Shown: positions 13,560 to 26,844 of the stretch, in pieces
Layout of the letters: every line of letters starts with the position of its first letter
Numbering within the stretch: position 1 is the first letter of the stretch
Assembly (NCBI RefSeq): GCF_006345805.1
Contig: NC_043003.1
Span: 82,212,001 to 82,276,000, forward strand
From: Octopus sinensis
Lineage: Eukaryota
Direction: 5' to 3'
DNA: 64,000 nt
Made by a program: the position numbers and the translations under genes
Notes under the pieces: generated by a model
What the model was told of the DNA's origin: nothing
Database searches by the model: none
What the model saw: the letters and a program-made list of their open reading frames with translations, nothing else

Positions 13560-13812
13560 GTTTCCAAGTCTTCTCTCTTCTCCTTTTATCAGGTGTTTTC
13601 TTGGAATTTCTTCTTATTTTTCTAATATTAATACACTGAATGCAGTGTATCGTTAACCACTACACACATTTTTTCTCGCCTTGTTTCTCTTTTTTTTCTG
13701 TGTCCCTTTCTGTAGAAGAGCCAAGGCTCGAAACGTAAAAGACTTTTACTATTCCTGAGTGTTATACTAATACATCTGTTTGTTTTGTACACCACCTGTC
13801 ATCGTCTTTTAT
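13560..13812 (+). mobile_element. Penelope-like pseudo-LTR remnant with minimal hammerhead-like motif
   Basis: CTTT-CTGTAGA-A-GAGCC-AA-GGCTC-GAAACGTA-AAAG at 13706-13741, a T-rich tail, then (TA)n shortly after. An 8-bp hairpin ATACACTG-AATG-CAGTGTAT lies upstream. Confidence 0.55.
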
Positions 13813-13831
13813 TTTTTTCGTTAACTCTCCC

Positions 13832-13834
<3 letters not shown>

Positions 13835-13898
<64 letters not shown>
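13835..13898. repeat. Perfect (TA)n microsatellite
   Basis: About 30 uninterrupted TA units. Confidence 0.97.
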
Positions 13899-14419
13899 GA
13901 ATATATAAAACTCGAAAGACTTGAAATGAATTATTTTTAACGGTGAAGCTCGAAGAAGATATAGCCATAAATAGTAGTGTAAATGTTGGGTTAAAAATAA
14001 ATCTGGGGGGGGAAATTAGAAGGATGCCCTTTGGGTAGATGTGTAGTCAGCAATTTGTCTTAGTTACATAAATGTTTGTTTACATATATACTTGTTTAAA
14101 ATCTTATCAGATCGAATGATATTATTGTAGAATGTGCCATTACATTTTGGTGATTTGTTTCACAACAGCCAAAAAGTGAATACTCGTTTCACTTGTTTCA
14201 TAGTTTATCCTAAGCAGTACTTTTTTCACCGCATTCTTAGGTTTCTTAGAATGTACTGACCTAACTTTGAAATCGACCCTTTCGTCATTATGTAACCTCT
14301 GTAATTATTCGTAATTAATATAAAGTACAAACAGAATAAGTTAAACAACGGCAATCGAATTGACATTTGCCCAGTGTGATCTTTAGTCTTTCTAATTATG
14401 GAAAGAGAGCGAGCGTCCA

Positions 14420-15480
14420 CTGTTTGGTCCTTTCATTCATATCCAGGCGATATCAAGGCGAACGTGAATTTGGGAAAGAAGATAAGCAGGATGGCAAGTC
14501 CCATCCAGAAATGAGCCGACAGGAAAGTGTCTCTGAATTGTAAGCTGGACGTGGCAAATACCTTCATTGCATAAGTCATTGACTACTGTCAGGTCGTTGT
14601 GAATAGCTGCACTTCATAGTTGAACCGAATATGGAAACCTATTCCGCTTGTAAGACTGTCCATCTACATTGTAATGGACTGAGCATATCGTGGATAACAG
14701 TGCACTGACATGCGTTTCCTTGGCAGTGAGCAAATGTGGTCACCGTTTGACATGCTTAATTTCTGCATCTTGTCTCTTAGACAGAGCTACAGTCTTAGAT
14801 CAGGGCTCGGCATCGGTCACGCTCTCACAGCCTTCTGCAAGTTTGGTCAATGTGGTTGATGAACGTTCCGTCAGGATTGTGGATTACAGTGGGCAGTAAT
14901 GATGACATCTCAGGAGGGAATCTTCAGTTTTGACGACAATTTGGGACTTTCGTGCCGCGGTCCAAGGATTACTTTTTAGAAATCTCTATTCTAACAATAC
15001 TACTTGCGTGGGAATTTCTGTTTCGGGATATTATCGCCAACCGAAGCTACTCGAGATGCGCACAGAGTGATGAACCATCTTGCACGCGCTCATAATTGAA
15101 GGCTTATGAATTTATGTCAAACAACTATTATCATGTGCGAGAGGGATACAGATATCAACCGACTCCATTGTGAAAATCGCCTCACCGCCTTCCGTTGGAG
15201 GGGAAAGGTTTACAGTTTGCCTATGTACTGCGGCTATGGTATAAAAGATTGTTTCGTGAACGAAATTATAATCTGAAGACAGACACATTCCTTTTAAGTT
15301 AGACTCTCGTGTACTTAACAACTTCCACTTGGAAAGTAATGTGGAAAGGGAAGCACTTCCTTCCATTCCTGAATGGCATGAGTGAATGAGATTACGCTCA
15401 TTATGCGCCTGTAGGCTGGAAATGCAGAGAATTGAAACTTGTCGTAATCCTTCTGGTGACCAACATTATTCGTGTACTGT
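14420..15480 (+). mobile_element. Decayed L1/Tx1-like LINE ORF2 3' portion
   Basis: Frameshifted translation includes KVSLNCKLDVANTFI, TFVPRSKDYF, a Cys/His knuckle remnant SRCAQSDExxxHAL, and YVKQLLSCARGIQISTDSIVKIASPPS. These resemble the post-RT and C-terminal regions of Tx1-type ORF2. GC content is above the surroundings. Confidence 0.6.
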
Positions 15481-15631
15481 GTGGTACCTTGGTCACTTCT
15501 TGGTGAATTTTATAATTTTCTTCTTAATTGTTATTGCCTTCATTTTTTACACACGATTATGTAAATACCTACCGTCCTTTATCACTGTATTGTCCTAAAT
15601 ATTTTTGCTGCCCTTGTGGTAAATGAAGATT

Positions 15632-15675
15632 GGTAGTAGTAGTAGTAGTAGTATAGTAGTAGTAGTAGTAGTAGA
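15632..15675. repeat. (TAG)n microsatellite
   Basis: Direct reading. Confidence 0.93.
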
Positions 15676-18486
15676 AGTTGCAGCATCAGCTGCTGTTATT
15701 GTTGTTGTTGAATCAGTTACAATCAGCATTATTAGTAGTTGTGATTTTCCAATCAATATTACTTGTAACTGGTCTTTAAATATTAATGAAGAAATTTCGA
15801 TTGTGATTTAAGACGGCTCGCTGTAGAACATAACCCTTCACATTGTATTCTAAGGAGCGAGTTCCTTATCCTGTAATTTTATTTTCATGTTCAAATTTAC
15901 TATATGTCACACGCATTTTTTCTAGACATGTTATTCTGTTTCACACACACGACATCCCTTTCTCTTGTGCAGATTACATCGTAATTCTTTCGATATATTA
16001 TTATCCCTATACACTCTGAGGTTACTGTTCATACTGAAAACCCATCCTATTTTGACTAACAATGTAAATTCTTGTTCTTCGATAGTATTTAATGTCTTAT
16101 AAATGGTAACAGAGGCTAACGTAAATCACCTGAGATGAAACAAGGTGAGTTACCAGAGAATATACCAACATTTTCTTTCAGAAACTCACTATGCAATAAA
16201 TACTGTTACTTTCTCATCCAGGCAATGCGATCTACATAGCTCATGTGTCGCTTTAGTGATGCATTGTCAAATAAATTTTGAAGGTATATCTGCAATATTA
16301 AATCTACTTGACAGTTTTGTTGCCTATTTTTGTTTGTTTGTTATTGTTAGCGCTAGATAAGCTAGCTACACATCTTTACTGTTAGTCCTACATGGATATC
16401 TACACATCCATATAACAGCATATACATCTCCTTATCATTGTGATACATGTCGCCAAAGGTCGTTATTTAAGTGTACTTCTGAAATCATATATGACACTCA
16501 CATTTCATGATAAATTTCATTTTTTATATGGTCCGGTTTCGTGTGTGTATGTGTATACCCGGGTGTGTTGAACCATTAGTATTAAATGCACATGTTTGCT
16601 CAATGGCTAACTTGTGCAACAGCTTCCCTTAGGCATTTTTTAAATTAGTGAGCTACAAGTACTTTGTTATAAGGTATACATTGTTGTTGTTGTCGTCGTC
16701 GTTGTTGTTGTTTTACAAAGATTATTTTCTATTTGCTTATGTTGATCTGATTATATCTCCTCTCATATGTTGAGCATTTTATTCAGTAATGACGAGATAT
16801 GTGCCCTGTTACATCATCTGCAAACTCTACATATATATATATTTCAATTGGAATATCATATATTGCTTTTGTTATAGCATGATATTACAGCATTTCATGG
16901 TGTTCGCCAAATGGATTTCTTTTATTTAGAGAATGTCAATGCCATTTCTTCCTACTAATCTGTTGGCAGTTTGCTTCGATTTGATACTTAATTATTTCAA
17001 TCATTTCAATTAAATCTGTTGCCAGGTCATATTTCATCTTACATTCAATTTAAGCGAAGAACTGGATTAATTTGACATTATCGCGCAAAATTTTGCTATA
17101 TCTCATATCTCTTTTTTAATTATAGTCGTTCATTCTGGAGAATTGCTTTACAGCATTTAGCTTCAGCCCTCTAAATTCTCTATTAAAGCTGCATCAGTAG
17201 TACAGTTCCTTTCCATAATTCTGAAGTGAGGAATTGTGTGTCATTTATATATTAGGATTGATTTCGTTTAACATAGAACTTTCTTCGAAAGGGTGGTATG
17301 TTGCTTCTCAAAACAAATCAATGTATTAAAACGCACGTCAAATTATTAACTCTGTATATGAAATGGACTGTATTCATTTTCTTAATTATTTGCATTACGA
17401 ATAAACTAGTTTCCTTAACATTTACATTGTTGGTTGTATAATAGAAAACTAAGAAACTTTTCTGTGAATTTACAACCTTAGTTACTAGAAAACAACAATG
17501 ATTGAGTCAGCATACTGCACACATGTTAAGTTTAGTAAAAAGCAAAATGCATCTTATAGCACATTCAGGTGGTTACTACCTTAAACGTCAGGAAAAAATC
17601 ATTTTATAAAAACCTATAAGGCAAGAAAATATCAATGCGTCAATAAAAATACAAAAAAAAAAGGAAAACATCTAACAAGTGGCTCATTTCATTTGATATT
17701 TCTTAGTTTTCACAATACATGATGTTATTTCTTCATCTATGTATGTCTTCAACTATATATTTTATTGCATACTCACATGAATAGGCACCTAATCAAATTA
17801 GCTATTGTTTGGAGAGAAAAAAGATAGAAAGAGTGAAAGAAAGAGACTATGTGCAAGAAAAAACAGATGCAAGACGTAGTGGTGTAGCCGATAAATATTT
17901 TGCGTACATATATATATATGCGAACATATAGACACAGACGCATACACATACACACACGTGCACGTGCACACACACCCATAAGTGTAAATATGCGACCTCG
18001 CTTCATTCCTATGTTATCTCGTAATAATAAAAGCATCTTCCTCACATACAAAAAAAAATCACCTCAGTTATTTACTACTTGTAAGTAGTATCTATCATAA
18101 CTATTCGTAAAAATGAAATATCTTGTGGTGAATAAGAAAAACAAAAACATGTGTTATCGTATAAATAATATGTATTCATGTTTTATTGCAAAAACTGTCC
18201 AAAGTTAATATGATTTGAAAGTTTATATGTAATGGACAGCCGAGTGATTTATAAATTCACTGTATAGGATCCTTTGATTCGATTTGTCACAGAATTCCAC
18301 TTTATTATAGAAAACGAGTACTTTGTTGGAAAGGTAAGTTAAGAAAATAAATGGAAATAATCATATAATCATTGAAAATGGGAAGAAGAATGCGATAAAG
18401 AGAGATGAAGAGGAAAGGGAAACCAAATAGTAAAAATCTATCTAAGCGTACGTGAGAGGGAAAGTGTTAGAAAATAAAGAGAAGTT

Positions 18487-18577
18487 AAAAATAATAATAA
18501 TAATAACAACAACAACAACAATAATAATAATAAGAAGAAGAAGAAGAAGAATAATAATAATGATAATAATGATAATA

Positions 18578-18614
<37 letters not shown>

Positions 18615-18636
18615 AATAATGATAATAATGATAATA

Positions 18637-18667
<31 letters not shown>

Positions 18668-18682
18668 AATAATGATATAATG

Positions 18683-18761
<79 letters not shown>

Positions 18762-18777
18762 CAGCAACAACAACAAC

Positions 18778-18826
<49 letters not shown>
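18487..18826. repeat. Long compound trinucleotide array (AAT)n with AAC/AAG/GAT blocks
   Basis: About 340 bp of triplets. Source of the poly-I/L/Y ORFs in the track. Confidence 0.97.
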
Positions 18827-19884
18827 GAGTGTGTTGTAAAAGAAGAGGTGGAAAGCAAAATTGAGAATCGGCAATGGCATAAGAAAGCGAACGAAAATAA
18901 TTTCGCAAAAGTATTGAACTTCTTTATTCTATGATTGTTTCCTACTCTTTTTCTTCTTTTTTTTTCTTTTTAAATCGATCCCATTGTCATATAATTTTTC
19001 CTTTTCTTCCTTTAAAATAATATTTGCATTCTTGTCAGTATGAAGTTGAATTGAGGGGGGGACAAAAACAACAATAATTGTTTGAATAATTTGCTAGTTA
19101 TATTTCTCAGTATGCTTTTCTTTCTCACGTTTTGCGTTCCTTCTCTTTTTTTTAGCATTTATTTGTTTCCTTTCTCGATTTCGCACTACACTCTGTTTGT
19201 CTCTTCCAGTGCCTTACTGTATTTATCTTACCAAATTTCTATGCAATCTCCCCTTCACTACAGCCCTGAATAATTTTGAATACCTAATTAGGTCTTACTC
19301 CCAACGATCAACGAAAATTAAAATAGAGCGCATTGAATTTGTCTTTTTTGCTATTAGTTATTTATTTCACCATTTTATCGACTCTGCGAAATTCCCAGTT
19401 TGAATATTAATATTTTCATCAAGAAAGATAACACATACATGAATATATTCATATATTTTCTGTATATAATATTCAACAGTTGTACATCTTCATAGTCGAA
19501 AATATAATAATTCTACGATAACGAAGAATTTATTCTCTGCTTTACTCTAACGGTACGCTCGAAACTAATATTTAGGACCTATAAAACACTATTTTCTATA
19601 ATTTATATTCTTTTATAGAATATTACCTTTCAATTTTATTTTTCTTCTCCTATTAGATAACTTATTCTGTGCCACTGGTGAAGTTACCACAAGTGAGAAT
19701 TATTTACCAAAACAAGGCATTAGTTTCAATTTACACCTCTGACTGATTAAATTCTTCATAACTGCTAAAATGGATAATCTGTAAATTGAGAGTAAGTCTA
19801 TGTTTACTCTTACGACATGCTACTGCCTTTTTACCCTAAGCCTGTAATGCACACGGACATCTTAAATTTCGTATCATTCCTATT

Positions 19885-20243
19885 TTAAATACAGTCGAGA
19901 TAGACTTTGTGTTTCATTGTTCGAGGCTAATGAAATAGGAAAAATCAAGTAACAGCATCGATGTAATCGACTAGCTCCCTTCCTCAAAACCTCAGGGCTT
20001 ATGCGTATAATAGAAAAGCCATTATTAAGGCGGTAAGCTGGCAGAATCATTAGAACGCTAAGCAAAATGCTTGGCGGCAATACTGTTTGCTTTATGTTCT
20101 GAGTTTAAATTCAGCCGTAGTCAACCTTGCGTCCCATCCATCTGGAGTCAATAGTAAAAGTACCAGTCAAGTGATGGAATCGATATAATTGACTACCCAT
20201 TCCTCGAAGATTCCAAGCCTTGTACCTATAGGAGAAACTATTG
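19885..20243 (+). mobile_element. Two adjacent SINE family B copies (3' fragment 19885-20025, near-full 20027-20243)
   Basis: AAGGCGGTAAGCTGGCAGAATCATTAG...TTCTGAGTTTAAATTC...AAGTACCAGTC...ATCGATATAATTGACT, preceded by GACTTTGTGTTTCAT...ATCGATGTAATCGACT. Confidence 0.8.
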
Positions 20244-20714
20244 TTGCTTTTGTTGTTCTTGTTTCATTTTTTTTATTATGGGAATAATAATCTGGAAGAA
20301 TTGGTTCTCAATCTTCTAATTGATCACTGGCTGGGAAATAATTTAATTGAATATAATTTAAAAGTTCGATGCTATAGTTTTCATGCAAATATATACGCAT
20401 TTATCAACAAAAGATGGATAATAGATGATTCAGCTATTTTACATGGCATGAACATGGTATGAGATTATAACGGATTACGGATAATGCAAAATGTGAAGAA
20501 TTATAAACTAGTGGCAAAAGAAGGTAATGTATATAAAAAGTAACCATTGTAAGAATGTAGTATTGCTTTACCTTTGCATTTTCCCCCACAAGAATTTAAG
20601 AACACTCGTGTGCTAAGATTAAGAACTTTCGCATTACGTTTGTTACGTTTACAATAGTCACTCTTTAGTCTTTACTACATAAAGACACACGCACACGTAA
20701 CTCTCTGCATATAA

Positions 20715-20787
20715 ACCTGTGTGTGTGCGTGCATACATCTGTATATGTGTATACATATACATACACACAGACACAAACACACACACA

Positions 20788-20870
<83 letters not shown>
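20715..20870. repeat. Compound (GT)/(CA)n(TA)n microsatellite
   Basis: Direct reading. Confidence 0.93.
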
Positions 20871-23383
20871 CCTTTCTCACTCGATCTCCGTATGACCCAA
20901 TATCAGTGTTAGAGAGCTTTTTTCAGTGCTGGTTGTCGTTTCACTGGTACTGATTACATTACACCAATAAATGAGCATTTAATGGTGATACAGAGAATGA
21001 CATACCTTCGAACTCATATACTAATAATCGGTTTATGGTCATAGAATTAAATGGTTTACCAGTTACATTTTGTTAAAAAGGAATATTTAACAAATATATT
21101 CCCGGTAACGTCAACTTCCTATTTTCTCATGCACTTAGCAACAGCGAATTAATATACGCAACATTTCATATTATATCAGAAAAACTACATTACATACACT
21201 GCTTGATGTACATATTTGCTGTTAAATTTCTGCGAGGATCCACTGTGAAAAATTTTCTCTGTGTTATCAATCAAAATATTATACCCCAGTTTTAAGTGAC
21301 AGTACCACTTTCTCTTGTAAAATGTGCTTCTTATACATATATGAGAAAACGTTATTTATTAGTAATATTACACCTTTGTTGATCCAAATGTATTTTTATA
21401 TTATTGTACATTATACTAAAGTGGTAAAGTGATATTCGTCGATGACTTTTGCAAGGTTGAAATGCTGAAATTCAAATCTTTCAAGCGTTTATAATCTGAG
21501 TCCTTATCCACCGTAGTTATCGGTATTTGCAGATCAATGTAATTAGTAATATTCTAATCAAAACTTTGTTTATTCCGTTCAATAAATCATGCCTAAAATA
21601 CAGTGATCTTGTACTAATTGCAAATATTTCTGTTGAAAATGAGCGTTATAACTTATACATATATTTATAATGCAAATAATATATGAAGACGGAACCAGCA
21701 AATAATTCAACAAAGAATACTCATATAGCATGAAATAGCAATACATAGTGAAACGTGGATGTAATGTGCATATAAAAAAAAAAACTACTTTGAATTTGCA
21801 CAATCGATTCTGCCTTAATAAAATGCAAGCTTCATGTATTTGCTATCGTCTTCCAATTAATGCTAAGTCAAGTATCTTCTTATATATACATATGGGAGAA
21901 TGAACGGAAAATTATCTATAAACATATGTTCATCTGTTTGTTATAGCATCATACAGGTCGAGCGTATTCACATGTCTATGGTACATAATATCTTGATTAA
22001 ACCTAATAATATACTTTAGTGAAATGCTTCCTCAAAAGATCATATACTCCGTCGTCCTTATCCGTTTTAAGTTTCACAGTTGACCTACCGTTATAAAAGC
22101 AGGATATTATGTTTAAAAAAATACATGTTAACAATCACATTATTTGCATCTTCTTGTTTATTTTAAAAGACAATTTTAGGTCCTATTTCCGCTAAGTAGT
22201 TCTGCTAAAACTTCGAAGTATCCGACGTCTTGTTATTAAGACTGGCATACTGAATTCTGTAGAAAATCATTGTTTAACTAATCTATCATCATTCACGGAT
22301 GGTTTAGTATTTTATCATATCTATCATATCCATCTATGGTTTCTTTTAATGCTAGTCGTAAACCTGTACTTTTTCTGAGATAAAAGCATTTACTTCCAGC
22401 ATTCATCAATTTATTTTGCCCCTGTCGGTTTTTATGTCTGATACAGCTTTCCAACAATTGTGGATTTCATATCAGTATAAAAATTTATACTTAAATTAAT
22501 TTTATTATATTAGAAGTAGCATTCAGGGGAATATTGTTTATTAATTATATTATATTACACGAAATCCATTGCTTTAGAGGAAGAGAAGATATATGGAAAG
22601 TATTTAATGAAAGCTTTTCGTTAGAAGGAAGTCATTGTACTTTTATAATAATAGCTCATTTGTTATGCAGAATGGGAGGAAGATGGGTTGAGAGAAAGAC
22701 ATAGACAGGGAAAGAGATGGAGATGTATTCAATTTAAAATTTACTTAGGCTGTAATATTGTTCAGAATATTTCCAATTAATTGTATTCCCTATAAAAGTA
22801 AATAATGCAGTTACTTTAGAAATTACATTTGCGGGTATAGTGTCAGCTTACGGCTGTTGTGCGGAGAAGACGTCTAACACGAGCCATTTCGAGAACCGTA
22901 ATAGTACAAAAATGGGAAATGATCTACTCATCTACACTAGTACCCTCACGACCGGTCTCGTGCAAATTAGAGATTCAGACGTTCGGAAAGATCTTTTGCA
23001 GACATGTATGTTTTGTTTATTGCATTTTCATTTCATCTAGGAATCTATTTACTTCGCAGGTCAGGTGATGTGAAATGAATAAAAAATATTATCTTCAGAC
23101 AAGTATTTGATCAACCTTTTTTCTTTTTCGTTCATTTCGACTAAAGAATCTTTAATACTTGTATGCAGCTGCTATTGTATTCACTCTGGAATTAGGTCAT
23201 TTAATCGTGAAGTATTGTAAATAATTGGAATGGATGGCAGAAACGCTATCGGAAGAGGAATATACTAAAATCTTGGTATTTGATTGTCTCCTTATGATTT
23301 GATTATATAATTTCACTGAGGATATTTCTGCGTCGATTACATAATTAACAGATTATCAGTCTTGAGACGGCAAAATCAAGTTT

Positions 23384-23452
23384 TATAATCTAAAGAGTTC
23401 CAACAATAACGGCATTTGTATAATCTAAAGAGTTCCAATAATGCGGCATTTG
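23384..23452. repeat. 35-bp tandem duplication
   Basis: TATAATCTAAAGAGTTCCAACAATAACGGCATTTG followed by TATAATCTAAAGAGTTCCAATAATGCGGCATTTG. Confidence 0.9.
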
Positions 23453-25162
23453 TATGTATTTACAATGCCCAATATCCGTTCCTACTTTTAGAACGATACA
23501 ATAAGATCTGAAGATAACGATTCTGCCAACTCGTCGCCGTACATTAAGGTATAATTGCAATCCATGTTAATAACTTCATCACTTTTCTATTAGAAATTAT
23601 TCCTAGAAATCCTGTTATTATTATTGTTTGCATATGTTTTCTGTAGTAGCGATATTTTTTTTAATAACTCAATTTAAACCGAACACTTCCCTACGTTCTT
23701 TTCTTTCATGATATGAATTGTAGCAATTCTACAAATTACAATATTATTGCTCCCTATTTTACTTTGTTTTCTCAAATAATATCGGCTTTCCCCAGTATAG
23801 TTTAAATTTGTATGATGATACTGTTTAGCTTCAGGTCAGACTAGAACCAACAGATGTATGATGAAAGGCTTTCACCCTGCGATAATATCGTCATTTTCTC
23901 CCTCAACCCAGCTGTCTTATGGAATGAATTTTTCACTAATTACGTTGGCCAATATCTAATGTTCATAACATGATTTCTTGCATATGTGGCTGTCGTTTCT
24001 AGCATTTTGAGTTCTTTCATTGGCTCTAGTATTTTAATTATAATATGATTGCGTTGCCGTATGAAATCCCAAACTTCATTCACTGGAAATTCATATAATG
24101 TCAAAATCATATACATGATATTTTTTTCTTTCATAAAGTAAAAATGAATTTGAACGATTTGTGTGGTATTTTCATGTATTCTCTTATATATTGCTACTGA
24201 ACTGTACATCTTATTGGGTTTTTTTCCAATTAGACTGCATATAGTTCGAGTGTTTTTGGACATATAAAAGCTACATGAAGTGTGTTGTCGGTGTTCTGCT
24301 TCTGCACTTCACAGACCAGTGCGTTAGTGTAAGGCTTTAGTTCTGATACTGGAACAATAATTTACGATATCCACCCATGCATCTCCCTCGCTAATCTGTT
24401 CATAGAATTTCTTTCGTTGATAATATATCACGTTTACCTCTTTCAATCCATATACTTTTGATATATAGATATATATTTCATATATTTTACTGTCTTTAGT
24501 TTCATTACTGCAGTTTTGTTTATCTTACATAACAGCAGTTCACGCTAGTGCTTACATACCATATGACAGTAACTCGATCTCTGTACAGTTTTCGCACTTA
24601 TTTTTTCTTTGAAATGGCTATATAAATCGTGTTAATAGCACTTTATGGTTGTAATCCTACTCATATAATCATTATATTAGAGGATTTCTTATCTCGGTTA
24701 TTTTCTATTCTTTATTCCATCTTAAAATGACTTTTCTTCAGCTCTTCAAAAGGATGTGGTCAAAGTGCTAATAGCTACAAATTTATTTTATTTGTACTTG
24801 ATCGCTTATATTAAGCATTGCTGTTTACTTCCTTGAATATTTACTTTCTAAGATGTTCGTTTAAGTTAGTCTTCTTTAGTTGTATTGATTTATCATACAT
24901 AGCTAATTATAATGCTTTACAATTACTTTTGTAATTTGGCAACATGTCAATTGTATTTCAAAATTTTTATGTGCTTTGTTTTCCTTTTCAATGTTAAAAC
25001 TACACAAAGTATACCTGAAATGTTATTCCCATTGCTTTTTAAATTAAATATACCAAATAGTCTGCTTTATGTTCATATTTCAGAAAATTGTATTTATTAT
25101 CCACAAACGAAAACAAATTTGTCATGTGGTATCTGCCATTAATATCATACTTGTCCATTACG

Positions 25163-25368
25163 CAGTGAGCTGGCAGAATCGTTACCATCCCGGGCCAAAT
25201 GTTTAACATCATTTCGTCTGTCTGCAGTACAAATTCCACTGAAATAGACTTTACCTTTCATTCTTTCGGAATCGATGAAATAAGTACCAGTTAAACAGTA
25301 AGATCGATGGAATCAAATTACTACCACCCCGAAATTGCTAGGTTTGTCTCAAAATTGGAAAATAATAT
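25163..25368 (+). mobile_element. SINE family B, diverged
   Basis: GTGAGCTGGCAGAATCGTTA...GACTTTACCTTTCATTCTTTCGGAATCGATGAAATAAGTACCAG. Confidence 0.82.
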
Positions 25369-25449
25369 TATATTTAATTGTACAATTTCTCCTCATTTTA
25401 TAAGCCAGAAATAATGTATCATACCATTATTGTAGCCTAATTTAAAGAG

Positions 25450-25625
25450 TAAACCTTACTTCCCAACCACATGGTTTCAAGTTCACTCCTTCTACGTGGT
25501 TTCTTGGGCAAGTTTCATCTATAGTAGAAAACACTTGCCCAAGATGACACAAGCCGACAAAAGCCTTGTGAATAGATTTAGTAGGTGCAAAATGAAAGAA
25601 ACCCGTCGTATATATGTATATATAT
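25450..25625 (+). mobile_element. SINE family A 5' half with internal inverted duplication
   Basis: CTTCCCAACCACATGGTTTCAAGTTC...CTTGGGCAAGT...AAAGCCTTGTGAATAGATTT...GAAAGAAACCCGTCGTATAT. Confidence 0.8.
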
Positions 25626-25630
25626 ATATA

Positions 25631-25761
25631 CAGGATGTCCCCAAAAAATGTATACACACCTTAAGTAATTGTAAATTTGTTATTCTTTGTAAGCCTAGTA
25701 CTTATTCTATCGTTCTCTTTTGCCGAACCACTATGCGTATATACTTTTTTGGGACACCCTG
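25631..25761. mobile_element. 131-bp Tc1/mariner-type MITE, TA-flanked, carrying a captured SINE fragment
   Basis: TIRs CAGGATGTCCCCAAAAAATGTATAC / reverse complement CAGGGTGTCCCAAAAAAGTATATAC, TA on both sides. The interior 25680-25733 is the reverse complement of the SINE A tail. Confidence 0.8.
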
Positions 25762-25766
25762 TATAT

Positions 25767-25823
<57 letters not shown>

Positions 25824-25850
25824 TATATACATACATATATATATATATAC

Positions 25851-25911
<61 letters not shown>

Positions 25912-25923
25912 CATATATATATA

Positions 25924-25975
<52 letters not shown>

Positions 25976-25979
25976 CATA

Positions 25980-26029
<50 letters not shown>

Positions 26030-26030
26030 A
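25762..26030. repeat. Long interrupted (TA)n microsatellite
   Basis: Direct reading. Source of the YI-repeat ORFs. Confidence 0.97.
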
Positions 26031-26119
26031 ATAGAAATATATGCATACATACAAACATATATGTACGTACCTACATCTACATGTATATATACATGCATAT
26101 ATAAGTAAATATACGTGAG

Positions 26120-26700
26120 TACAGGACACCACAACAAGACGTAGAAACGGGAAAAAACAAAAGTTTACAACAAGAAAACAATTACAGGACATGCTACATA
26201 AGGAAAAATCCGCCGCCATCAGGTGTCGCTAGTTAAACTCAAGCGTGTTTCGAAGGCAAGACAGGACACATCGTCAACTAAGCCTTCCTGGGAGAGAATT
26301 AAAATAAAATTCCAAGCAGCGGGGTAAAACGGGTAAGAACACAAACAGGACGTAACAATAAAACTGCACAATAAATTACAAGATAAAAATACATGTACAA
26401 AAAAAAAATACAAAGCGAGAAATAAAAGGAGAATACAATACGGGAAATCAAACAAACAAGAGAACAAACGAGAAAAAACAAACAAACGAAAAGGTCTTTT
26501 TTTGGCTAGACGGAAGATGTTGTGTGGCAGCGTGTGGAAAGCATGACTTTTCAGTGGCAGAGGCAGCGTGCAAAAGAAAGAAATTTTTAGGCTGGCAGTG
26601 AGAAAGAAGGAGGAGGTGGACACGCGGCTGAAAGAGAGAAGAGGAAGGGTTGGAGGGAGAGAGAGTGGAGAGGGTAAAGCAAAAGGAGAGAATTTCGCGT
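26120..26700 (-). mobile_element. Possible Penelope-like 3' end / pLTR remnant
   Basis: Minus strand: HNIFRLA (weak match to Penelope C-terminal LIFRL), long T-rich tracts and TTGACGA...CGAAAC, ending near TA-rich sequence. Confidence 0.3.
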
Positions 26701-26844
26701 CTTAAATATATATATAAAAATTAAATGGAGACAAGAAGTGGAACGAATCGATACATACGTATATATATGTGTGTGTGTTTATGTGTCTGTGCGTGTATAT
26801 GTGTGCGTGTGTGTATGTGTACACCATTCTGATTGTAATATCCC

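Noticed and set aside
22840-23068. Two overlapping plus-strand ORFs in a GC-richer island
   Set aside because: No recognisable homology and no consistent splice signals.
23491-23547. 57-bp open segment with AG/GT borders on the plus strand (NDTIRSEDNDSANSSPYIK)
   Set aside because: Its reverse complement contains GGCGACGAGTTGGCAGAATCGTTA, a SINE B head fragment, so the exon-like look is probably coincidental.
25496-26219. Long ORFs (up to 202 aa) rich in Y/I
   Set aside because: Translations of (TA)n microsatellite. The same applies to the ORFs at 37-400, 18438-18934, 20658-20953, 30332-30785, 32568-33302, 58100-58408 and 60958-61631.
26225-26300. TTGACGA...CGAAAC hammerhead-like order on the minus strand
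   Set aside because: Stems I and II could not be paired in the correct register.
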